Source: Candidatus Latescibacterota bacterium (GTDB lineage: Bacteria > Latescibacterota > UBA2968 > GCA-2709665). From it: DNA of 64,000 nt. The notes below the pieces were generated by a model. It saw nothing but the letters and a program-made list of their open reading frames with translations, had not been told where the DNA came from and made no database searches. The DNA is taken from contig OZ241917.1 in the NCBI GenBank assembly GCA_965203805.1, positions 3,552,001 through 3,616,000 of the forward strand, given 5' to 3'. Below are positions 20,811-28,778 of this stretch, piece after piece (the first letter of the stretch is position 1; every line of letters starts with the position of its first letter). Made by a program: the position numbers and the translations under genes.

Positions 20811-21002
20811 AGTCAGCTTTCAGCTATCAGCAGTCAGCCAAAACCCGGCTCATGTCATCCCTCGTAATGGCCGCGAGCGGATTCCTGATTTCCGCGACTT
20901 CGGCACTGTTTTGTTTTTCTCTTGATCGTATTGAATGCGTCGGTTTCCTTGCGCCAACTGACATGGGTACTCTTTAGGGGTTCAAGCTGAGCGCTGACAG
21001 CC
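20811..21002 (-). mobile_element. Heptamer-bounded element containing a degenerate four-helix-bundle 3' fragment (copy A)
   Basis: 20866-20972 aligns to gene segment 21044-21151 with one 1-nt gap; inward-facing TCAGC/GCTGA tracts. Confidence 0.7.
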
Positions 21003-21013
21003 AAAAATCGGCT

Positions 21014-21379
21014 TCACTGCCGATCCATTTCAAGTCTTGATATGAATGCTCCCAGCATTTTCTTGACCTCCGTGATTTCTTGACTGATGCATTCGTAATC
21101 TGCGTAGCTTTGCCAATATCCAAGGTCTTGAGCAAGATGACATTGATATTCGAGTTCGCTAGCTGATCCCATTGCGATGCCCAAGAATCTGCTGAGTTCG
21201 GCATCTCCCTTCCGTCCGCAACCCTCCGCGACATTTGAAGGGATTGAAACCGCGCATCGCCTCATTTGTGAAACCAGGCCGTACAGTTCTTCTTTCGGAA
21301 AGTCTTGAGACTTTCGATAGATGGTCAAGACAAGGTTATGTGCTTTTTCCCAGACCTGCAATCTCCTGAAATCCTTCAT
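21014..21379 (-). CDS. Four-helix-bundle protein (23S rRNA IVP/Avd-like family)
   Basis: F..L.VW.KA, FPKEE.YGL.SQMRR.AVSIPSN.AEG, A.GS.SE. Confidence 0.93.
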   Translation of the reverse strand: MKDFRRLQVWEKAHNLVLTIYRKSQDFPKEELYGLVSQMRRCAVSIPSNVAEGCGRKGDAELSRFLGIAMGSASELEYQCHLAQDLGYWQSYADYECISQEITEVKKMLGAFISRLEMDRQ

Positions 21380-21406
21380 TGCGTCTCCCGGATGTTAGCT
21401 GAAGAA

Positions 21407-21610
21407 AGCAGCTTTCAGCTATCAGCGGTCAGCAGTCAGCCAAAAGCGGGTTCACGTCATTACACATAATGGCCGCGAGTGTAGTCTTGATTTCGATGAT
21501 TTCTCGACTGATCTAATTGTCATCCGCTCGCTCTGGATGTCGCCGAGGCCCTGCGCCAAATGACGTCGGTATTCCATACGGGTTTAAGCTGACCGCTGAC
21601 GGCTGACAGC
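21407..21610 (-). mobile_element. Heptamer-bounded element containing a degenerate four-helix-bundle 3' fragment (copy B)
   Basis: 21468-21574 reads EYRRHLAQGLGDIQS / SREIIEIKTTLAAI, versus EYQCHLAQDLGYWQS / SQEITEVKKMLGAF in the gene. Confidence 0.75.
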
Positions 21611-23053
21611 TTATTGCTGCAGTACCAGCTTATCGATTTCTTCATAATTCTCGTACGACGAGGTCACCACTCGCTCCCCAGGTGACAGGCCCTCGAGCAC
21701 CTCGAAGTACTCCGGATTCTGGCGGCCGATGCGCACGGGGCGCCGCACGGCCAGGTCGCCCTCGACCACAAAGACCCAGTTCCCGCCCGTGGTCTGATAG
21801 AAGCCGCCGCGCGGCAACAACATCGCGACTTCCGGCGCGTCCAGTTCCAGCCGGATCTGCTCCGTCTGACCGCGGCGGATGCTTCGCGGCGCCTCGCCGA
21901 CAAAGTCCATATCCACCTCGAACTGCCCCTCCTTCACCTCCGGGAAGACCCGACGGATCTTCAGCTCGAAGATCTTGTCGTCGATCTCGATCGTCCCCTT
22001 GAGTCCGGTTGTGATTCTGGTAATGTAGAATTCATCGATGGCCGCGCGCATCTTGTAGGCGTCCAGTACGTCGATCTGGCCGATGCTGGTCCCCTTGGCG
22101 ATCAACTTGCCGATCTCGGCGTTGAGTTGCGACAACTGCCCGTCGATCGGCGCGCGGACCGTCAGGTTTCTCAATGGACGTCGCACGTCATCCAGTTGAA
22201 GCTGCAGGCTGCGTGCGCGCTTCTGCAAGGCGGCCAGTTCATTGACGCGGTAAATGGAGTCGCGTCGCACGGTTTCCAGCATAAACACTTTGAGCTTCTG
22301 CGCGTGTTCGTATTTGTCCTTTGCCGCCTCGAATTCGTCGCGGGAGGCGAGGTTGTTTTCGAATAGCGCTTCCTGCCTGCGAAAGTCGCGCTCGGACTTC
22401 TGAAGGTCCAGTTCGATGTCCATCAGGGAACGTTTGCGCTGGATATCCTGTATTTCCTGGCTCAACCGCGTGTTTTCCATCCTGTTGATCTGCTCGAACA
22501 ACTGCGCTTCCTGGCTCAACACGGTCTGTTCAAGGGTCGGATTCGACATCCGCAGGATCGGGGTACCCCGTTCGACCATCGCCCCGACTTCAAGGAAGAT
22601 CTCCTCCACCTGCCCGCCTTCCAGCGCATCCAGGTAGTGCGTTTGAATGGGCATCACCGTGCCACGCTGCGGGATGAACTCCTGGAAGGGACCGATGGTG
22701 ACTTCGGAAATCGTGATTCGCGCAACCTGCACGTTGAGCCTGGCGCTGTGATCGCCGAAAATGGCCATATAGACCACCAGCCCCACAAAGCCCGCGACCG
22801 CGCCACCACTCAGGATGCGCTTCGGCGTCCACAGTTTCTTCTGGATCTTGCGGTCCATGCCCTCGGTTGGCGTCTCCCGTACAGACGCGGAAGTACCGGG
22901 ATTCACGAAACCGGGAATCGGTTTCTCTCCGCCAACGGAGTCCGCCGGACCTTGTGACGCCTCAGGTTCGGAAGCCTGCCGATCGGACCCCGCGCCTGCG
23001 CGATTCAGCCGCAACACGCGTCCCTTTCCCTTCTTCGGTTTTTGCTCTTCCAT
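21611..23053 (-). CDS. Periplasmic adaptor / membrane fusion protein (HlyD/MacA family)
   Basis: Single TM anchor, GQVEEIFLEVGAMV and VRAPIDGQL lipoyl halves, coiled coil, EVLEGLSPGERVV. Confidence 0.92.
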   Translation of the reverse strand: MEEQKPKKGKGRVLRLNRAGAGSDRQASEPEASQGPADSVGGEKPIPGFVNPGTSASVRETPTEGMDRKIQKKLWTPKRILSGGAVAGFVGLVVYMAIFGDHSARLNVQVARITISEVTIGPFQEFIPQRGTVMPIQTHYLDALEGGQVEEIFLEVGAMVERGTPILRMSNPTLEQTVLSQEAQLFEQINRMENTRLSQEIQDIQRKRSLMDIELDLQKSERDFRRQEALFENNLASRDEFEAAKDKYEHAQKLKVFMLETVRRDSIYRVNELAALQKRARSLQLQLDDVRRPLRNLTVRAPIDGQLSQLNAEIGKLIAKGTSIGQIDVLDAYKMRAAIDEFYITRITTGLKGTIEIDDKIFELKIRRVFPEVKEGQFEVDMDFVGEAPRSIRRGQTEQIRLELDAPEVAMLLPRGGFYQTTGGNWVFVVEGDLAVRRPVRIGRQNPEYFEVLEGLSPGERVVTSSYENYEEIDKLVLQQ

Positions 23054-23114
23054 CGTCTTGCCTTAACGTCGAATGAAACGCCGGCCTCCATCCTTCGCGG
23101 ATTTCCGGTCGTCC

Positions 23115-23735
23115 CTATGAACTCCTCGTCATCCCTCGCCGCTCGACCTCTCGTCTCAATTCGTGACGCCCCCGGTACAGCCAGACTTTCAGGGTGCCCA
23201 TCGGTACCTGCAGTTGTTCGACGATCTCATCGTATGACCGTTCCATAAGATAATGCAGTGAGACCGCTTCGCGCTGACGTTCCGGCAGTGCCTGGATGCC
23301 TTCGATCAAGATCCGCCGGCGCTCTTTTCGCGCCATAACGGCGTCCGGACCTTCATCGGGCGACGCGCGCCACCGCGACTGGAGCGCAGGCACGGCATCA
23401 TTGACTTCGCTCAACCAGACCCTCCGCTTCTTCAAGGACCTCAGATAATTGGTACACACATTCATGGCAATGCGCGTGAGCCACGTGGTGAAAGCGGCCT
23501 GCCCGCGAAATCCCGACAGCCCCAGGAAGGCCTTGATAAAGACCAGTTGAACCAGGTCCTCGGCCTCATCCACGTTGCCCGCGCACCGGTGAACGAGCGC
23601 ACGCACCCGATCACGATGGCGCCGGAAGAGGATCTGGTAGGCCCACTCATCGCCGCCAACGGCCCTATCGATCAGCGTCGCGTCGGACTCCGGCGCGCAC
23701 TGTAGCGGCAGGAATTCGCTTTTCTTTTTCATCAC
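23115..23735 (-). CDS. ECF (sigma-70 group 4) RNA polymerase sigma factor
   Basis: AEDLVQLVF, FTTWLTRIAMN, LPERQRE, SYDEI..QLQVPMGTLK. Confidence 0.92.
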   Translation of the reverse strand: MMKKKSEFLPLQCAPESDATLIDRAVGGDEWAYQILFRRHRDRVRALVHRCAGNVDEAEDLVQLVFIKAFLGLSGFRGQAAFTTWLTRIAMNVCTNYLRSLKKRRVWLSEVNDAVPALQSRWRASPDEGPDAVMARKERRRILIEGIQALPERQREAVSLHYLMERSYDEIVEQLQVPMGTLKVWLYRGRHELRREVERRGMTRSS

Positions 23736-23798
23736 AGGGAGACGGTCTCCGTCTTGTGTCGTATTAATATAAGATATCCGCGTCTCGATTATACAAAA

Positions 23799-23813
23799 GC
23801 GACAACCGTGCCA
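23799..23813 (-). promoter_or_regulatory. Sigma-54 -24/-12 promoter
   Basis: Minus strand TGGCACGGTTGTCGC versus consensus TGGCACGNNNNTTGC. Confidence 0.75.
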
Positions 23814-23878
23814 ACAGACACTTCTATATAAATTTCAACTGTTTAGACCGATATTCTCATGAAATCGAGACAAACAAG

Positions 23879-23915
23879 TGTCCGTTTTCGATACACTTAT
23901 GTGCGAAAATGGACA
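23879..23915. promoter_or_regulatory. Tandem operator (putative enhancer-binding-protein site) A
   Basis: TGTCCGTTTTCGATACA-N4-TGTGCGAAAATGGACA. Confidence 0.7.
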
Positions 23916-23942
23916 GTCCTGTCGGCACCGGGACGGCAAAGC

Positions 23943-26282
23943 TCACTCGGTCCGCAACGCGTCGACGGGGTTCGCCCACGCCGCCCGGATCGCCTGGACG
24001 CTCACGGTCAGCAGGACGACCGCCAGCACCAATACCCCACCCAACACAAACGTGCCGATGCCCGGTTCAATCCGATAGGCGAAATCCTGCAACCAGCGGT
24101 CCGACGCATAGTACGCCACCGGCCAGGAAATCAGATTTGAAATGACGACGAGCTTGACGAAATCCCTGGATAAGAGTGAGACGATTCCCGATCCGCGGGC
24201 ACCAAGAACCTTACGGATGCCGATTTCCGTGGTCCGGCGAGCAACGGAGAGGGCCGTGAGCCCGTATGCCCCGAGACAGGCGATCAAGACCGCGAGCAAT
24301 GCAGAATACATAACAATCCGGTTCCAGCGTTCCTCATTCCTGTATTGGCCGTCCACTTCGTCGTCCAGAAATGAATATTGAAACGGAATGTCTGGAGCGA
24401 CTTCAAGCCACTTCTGCTCAACGAAGGCCAGCGTACCGGAAATATCTTCCGGTCGGATTCTGACAAGGACGTTGCCGTATGCGTTTAAGGTAAACCGCAG
24501 CACCGCCGGCCGGACCGTGTGGTGCAGGGACCGAACATGGAAGTCCATTACCACGCCCGTTACCGTCACATCCCGCTTTTCCATTCGCAGCATTCTACCC
24601 ACTACCGGTTGATCCCAGCCCAAGTGGCGGACCAGTGCCTCATTCACGATAATCGAAGACTGTGAATCCGTACTTTGTGGATCGAAATCCGCTCCTTCCA
24701 ACAGGGACACACCCATAGTCTGTAGAAAATCATTGCCAACATCCACGAGTCCGACATCGATTTTTTCACCTTGATGCTCAACCGTGTGGGAGTACCTCGT
24801 TCTGTTGCTCAGCGCATGATTGGTTGTCGTCACACCCAGAATAGAATGGTGTCGTATCAACTCGTTGCGGTACACCCCGAGCAGGTCTGCATCTCGCTCC
24901 CGCAGATCCCATGCCCGGATGCGCACGACGTGATCACTCTCGAAGCCGAGCGGTTTCGTTCTCAAGTACTCCAGTTGACGTAACATAAGAAACGTGGTGA
25001 CAACCAGGAATACGGAAAGGGAGAATTGGAAGACCACCAGCGCCCGTCCGAACAGGCTGGAAGTTCCCAGTCTTAGCCGTCTATTCCACACTGCAACGGG
25101 CTGAAACCCGGACAATACTAAGGCCGGGTAGCCGCCTGCTGCCATCCCAACGGCCGCCGCCAGTCCCAACAAAAACGCCAGCCCCACTCCGTCAGCCTGA
25201 TCGACAAGGGCGAGGTCCTTGGCGATCAGGCCGTTGAAGGCCGGCAGGAGGAGTTCGGCCAGACCGACCCCGGCCACGAGGGCAATCAGACTCAATAAGG
25301 TCGATTCTCCGAGAAACTGTATCATCAACTGCGCACGAGACGCGCCCGCCGTTTTTCTCATTGCCACCTCGCGGTCGCGTGAAAACGACCGGCCGACGGC
25401 AAGGGTTATGAAGTTCACGCAGGCATTCGCCAGCACGAGCAGAGCGATTCCGAGAAGAATATAGGAAAGTGCCGGATTGCCTGCTCCCTTGAGTCCCGGT
25501 ACACCTCGTCCGAGATGCATATCAAGAAGCGGTTGGAGGCCCATTATCTCGGCCCACTGTTCTCCGCGCCTCGTCTTTAGATACTTCGAAAACCGACCTT
25601 CGACTTCTGCTGGACGTTGGCTTTCAGGTAGCAATGCGAAGGTGTAGATCGCACTCACTGACCAGCCTCTCGGCTCGCCTTTACCGGCAAACGGCGCCAG
25701 AAAATCGAACTGAATGCTGGAATTCTTGGGTATAGCCTTTGCGATACCCGTGACAACGAAATCCCGCTCCACCGCCGGTGGCCCCCAAAGTCTCACTGAA
25801 AGGACTTTTCCGACGGGATCTTCATGTCCAAAGTATTTCCGAGCCGCCTCATCGGAGATCACAAGCGAGGACGGATTTTCCAGCACGGTCGTCGGATCTC
25901 CCTTCAGCAGCGGAAAAGTGAACACCTCCAAAATCGCCGGATCGGCAAAGTAGATACTTCGCCCTAAAGACCGGTCCCCCTCCTTCACAGATGAAGCGCC
26001 CCAGCCAACTCTGACGGTTTGAACGTCCGGAAACGCGGCTTCCAACGCCGGTCCCAGCGGGTCCTGCGTCACGCCGCTCGCGCTCGTAGTGTCCTTGACG
26101 TAGACCCTGTAAATCCGCTTCGCGTTTTCGTGGAACGTGTCGTACGTCCACTCGCGCCGGACGTACAGAAACGTCAGGATGCAAAACGCAATCCCGATCG
26201 ACAAGCCCGCCACGTTGATCAGGGAGTAGACCTTGTGGCGCATGAGATTGCGGTACGCCACGATCAGATAATTTCGGAGCAT
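23943..26282 (-). CDS. MacB/FtsX-like ABC permease, paralogue 2
   Basis: MLRNYL start, EIGIRKVLGA, ANPVDALRTE. Confidence 0.93.
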   Translation of the reverse strand: MLRNYLIVAYRNLMRHKVYSLINVAGLSIGIAFCILTFLYVRREWTYDTFHENAKRIYRVYVKDTTSASGVTQDPLGPALEAAFPDVQTVRVGWGASSVKEGDRSLGRSIYFADPAILEVFTFPLLKGDPTTVLENPSSLVISDEAARKYFGHEDPVGKVLSVRLWGPPAVERDFVVTGIAKAIPKNSSIQFDFLAPFAGKGEPRGWSVSAIYTFALLPESQRPAEVEGRFSKYLKTRRGEQWAEIMGLQPLLDMHLGRGVPGLKGAGNPALSYILLGIALLVLANACVNFITLAVGRSFSRDREVAMRKTAGASRAQLMIQFLGESTLLSLIALVAGVGLAELLLPAFNGLIAKDLALVDQADGVGLAFLLGLAAAVGMAAGGYPALVLSGFQPVAVWNRRLRLGTSSLFGRALVVFQFSLSVFLVVTTFLMLRQLEYLRTKPLGFESDHVVRIRAWDLRERDADLLGVYRNELIRHHSILGVTTTNHALSNRTRYSHTVEHQGEKIDVGLVDVGNDFLQTMGVSLLEGADFDPQSTDSQSSIIVNEALVRHLGWDQPVVGRMLRMEKRDVTVTGVVMDFHVRSLHHTVRPAVLRFTLNAYGNVLVRIRPEDISGTLAFVEQKWLEVAPDIPFQYSFLDDEVDGQYRNEERWNRIVMYSALLAVLIACLGAYGLTALSVARRTTEIGIRKVLGARGSGIVSLLSRDFVKLVVISNLISWPVAYYASDRWLQDFAYRIEPGIGTFVLGGVLVLAVVLLTVSVQAIRAAWANPVDALRTE

Positions 26283-26536
26283 GGATCCTGTGCCTCTAAG
26301 TGAGTGTCTCGCAAATCGCTGACAGCTACGGCCCGCATGCCTTCTTCCGTTACACAGGCCTGCAGGTCCTTAGTTCGACTACATTGCCTGCACCCTGAAT
26401 TCCGGTTCTTTAGCTTACGAAGCGTGTCGAAGGCGTGACGATGCAATAAACTGGCGCGAGACGTCGGACCTGGGATCGACGGGATGGCCCGCCCTGCCGG
26501 CGCGCCCGGGACGCTGTTGCCAGTCCTGGCCAATCG

Positions 26537-27451
26537 CTACCGGCGAGCCACCAATCGCTCGATGGCTTCTTCCAATAGCAGATGCGTCGTGGGGCTGCCG
26601 CCGACACGATCGTATGCGACCTCTCCATCCGGCAGAATGATAACGTTTCTTGGAAGTGCATTTCCGAATATCTCATTCGCCGACTCGTTGTACAATGCCT
26701 GTGTGTATGCAAATCGGCGGCGCTCGAGGAACCGCGAAAGGTCTTCCGGCGTGTCCACCGCAATGGCCAGGAACGAAATGCTCTCGTGACCGCTGTACTT
26801 CTCCACCAATTCGTTCAGCCCGGGCATCTCAGCGATGCACGGGCTGCAGGTGGTTGCCCACCAATTGACCACGACGATCCTGCCTCGAAGATCCGCGATG
26901 GCGAGAGAATCGCCATTGAGAAGCTGCACCTGAAAATCCGGAATCCGAGCATGCATCTTCAGCAATACCTTGCCATCCTCGCCTGATACACCTCCTCGCA
27001 CCGAAAGGGAGTACGCCTGGTTTTCCTGCCTGTATAAGAGCAGTCTCTGGGCGGGAAGGACCCGGATCTCCACGTTAACGGTTCCCGGAGTTGCGCCAAG
27101 CGCCTTCAAGTCAACCGAACCGCTGTAGACGTCCGATTCGCCCCTCTTCATGGATCCCCTTGTCATCCTGACGTTTCCTATATCGTCAAGGCCCGCCACC
27201 CAGAACCGGTCCGCTCCCTTGCTATTTTTTCCCCAGACGACTACCACTGTTCCTGTGGCTCCTTCCACGTTAATCTGCGCCTGCCTTACATCGGTCCACG
27301 AAAGTCGGTTCAGCGGAGCGACTTCTGGCGCTCCGTCTACGAAAAAGGACGCCAAAAACGTCTCCTGCTTTTCAGAAGCCTGGATCTCGCCTTTGTAGGC
27401 GACCAGGGCGAACAAGGAACAGATGCCAGTCACCAGTACCGTTCTAACCAT
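26537..27451 (-). CDS. Exported TlpA/ResA-like thioredoxin-fold protein with extra N-terminal domain
   Basis: VVNWWATTCSPCIAEMP CxxC motif, ALPRNVII; GGAG RBS and signal peptide at MVRTVL. Confidence 0.85.
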   Translation of the reverse strand: MVRTVLVTGICSLFALVAYKGEIQASEKQETFLASFFVDGAPEVAPLNRLSWTDVRQAQINVEGATGTVVVVWGKNSKGADRFWVAGLDDIGNVRMTRGSMKRGESDVYSGSVDLKALGATPGTVNVEIRVLPAQRLLLYRQENQAYSLSVRGGVSGEDGKVLLKMHARIPDFQVQLLNGDSLAIADLRGRIVVVNWWATTCSPCIAEMPGLNELVEKYSGHESISFLAIAVDTPEDLSRFLERRRFAYTQALYNESANEIFGNALPRNVIILPDGEVAYDRVGGSPTTHLLLEEAIERLVARR

Positions 27452-27548
27452 GGGTTCTCCCCCTTTACGGAGCGCCCGGAGACGTCTCTCAAGGAAGTTA
27501 TTGTTATTACGGCGCAGGCCGCGGAACCGAAGGCCGATCACGATCGGC

Positions 27549-28373
27549 TTATCTCTCCTTCAATCGAATCGAACCGTTGACGGTCTTCAACTGAATCAGT
27601 CGCCCGCCGCCATTGATGACGCCGTCAACCGACTTGCTGATGAGGCCCGTCACGGTAACCGGAAAATCCGTATTGATCTTTCCGTTTACCGTGGATGCTT
27701 TCAGGTTTGCTTTCAGCCCTATTGGCAGCGTCACCTCGATGCCGCCATTTGTCGTTCTGGTGCGAATATCGTTAGGTTCGTCGCCAACCCCGGAAAGCGC
27801 GACCTCGATCTTTCCGTTTGTCGTCTTCGCCTCGATCGGTCCCAGCACATCCGAAAGCCCGATGTTCCCATTCGTCGCCCCCGCCTGGATCGCTCCCACG
27901 ACGCCGGTCAGCTCGATTCGGCCGTTGGTCGTCTTTGCATCGACGGCTCCTGAGACGTCGTCGACGTCCACGCGTCCGTTGGCCGTTTTCAATTCCAGGT
28001 CGATGGCTTTCGGTACCGTGACCGTATAGGCGACGCTGACGTTCCGGTTCGTTCCAGGTTTCTTGGGCGCTTCCGAGCGGATGTCAATCCGATCCCCGGT
28101 CTGGTCGAACCTCACCGTGGTTTTTTCCAGAAGCAGCCGCGCTTCGTCTTCGCTTTCGGCGCGCGCTCTCTTTTTTGCCTTCATCTTGACCTCGTGCCGG
28201 TCCCACGATTCGATCGTAATATCCCCGTTGACGTTGACAAGCGTCAATCGTCCCCCCGGCGAAAACTCGACCGTTCGCTCGACGACCTCCTCTACAACAG
28301 ACTTCCCGGCGCCACAACCCGCAGGCGCCAGGCAAAGGCAGTACACGACGATAGCATAAGCGATCTGTTTCAT
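27549..28373 (-). CDS. DUF4097 / adhesin-like beta-strand-repeat lipoprotein
   Basis: Repeated T.NG.I.L...G units; AGC lipobox. Confidence 0.85.
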   Translation of the reverse strand: MKQIAYAIVVYCLCLAPAGCGAGKSVVEEVVERTVEFSPGGRLTLVNVNGDITIESWDRHEVKMKAKKRARAESEDEARLLLEKTTVRFDQTGDRIDIRSEAPKKPGTNRNVSVAYTVTVPKAIDLELKTANGRVDVDDVSGAVDAKTTNGRIELTGVVGAIQAGATNGNIGLSDVLGPIEAKTTNGKIEVALSGVGDEPNDIRTRTTNGGIEVTLPIGLKANLKASTVNGKINTDFPVTVTGLISKSVDGVINGGGRLIQLKTVNGSIRLKER

Positions 28374-28410
28374 TTCGATATGTCCTCCTCAATCGGGTAA
28401 CAGCGAATAT

Positions 28411-28777
28411 CCTTGATTCGTCACTTTTCGGAGAAGTTAAATCGAATATACGCGAGTTAATAAACGCGATTTGACGGCGGATTTCCAGGAACCTTCAGGT
28501 CACTGGACGTGAACGGAAAAAACATCCTCTTAGACGACCTCTACACCCCGTTTCGGAAATTTTCTCCGCGGTGTCGGCTTGCTGGATTCTTCGATATAAG
28601 GCAAGTTGCCACAACACACACGAAAATCAGGTATCCTGTTACCGGGCGTATGGCCGAAAGACAAGGAAATACCTGCAGGGTCAAGGCGTTACGACACCCG
28701 CCGTTTCGCACCGATACATCTTGTGCCTTTTGTGCTTTTTGTGGCTAATTTTACGTTTGTCTTTTTTCGAATTGAGG
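28411..28777. mobile_element. MITE-like element, copy 2 (about 109 bp longer internally)
   Basis: Inverted homologue of 15061-15318; starts ccttgattcg, ends cgaattgagg. Confidence 0.7.
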
Positions 28778-28778
28778 T

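Noticed and set aside
20811-21610. Diversity-generating retroelement (Avd-like gene with TR/VR-like repeats)
   Set aside because: No reverse transcriptase in the window, and mismatches involve all bases and are often synonymous rather than adenine-specific
15026-28748. Paralogous small ORFs starting MNGKN (15026-15220, 28509-28748)
   Set aside because: They lie inside the MITE copies and the frame is not maintained between them
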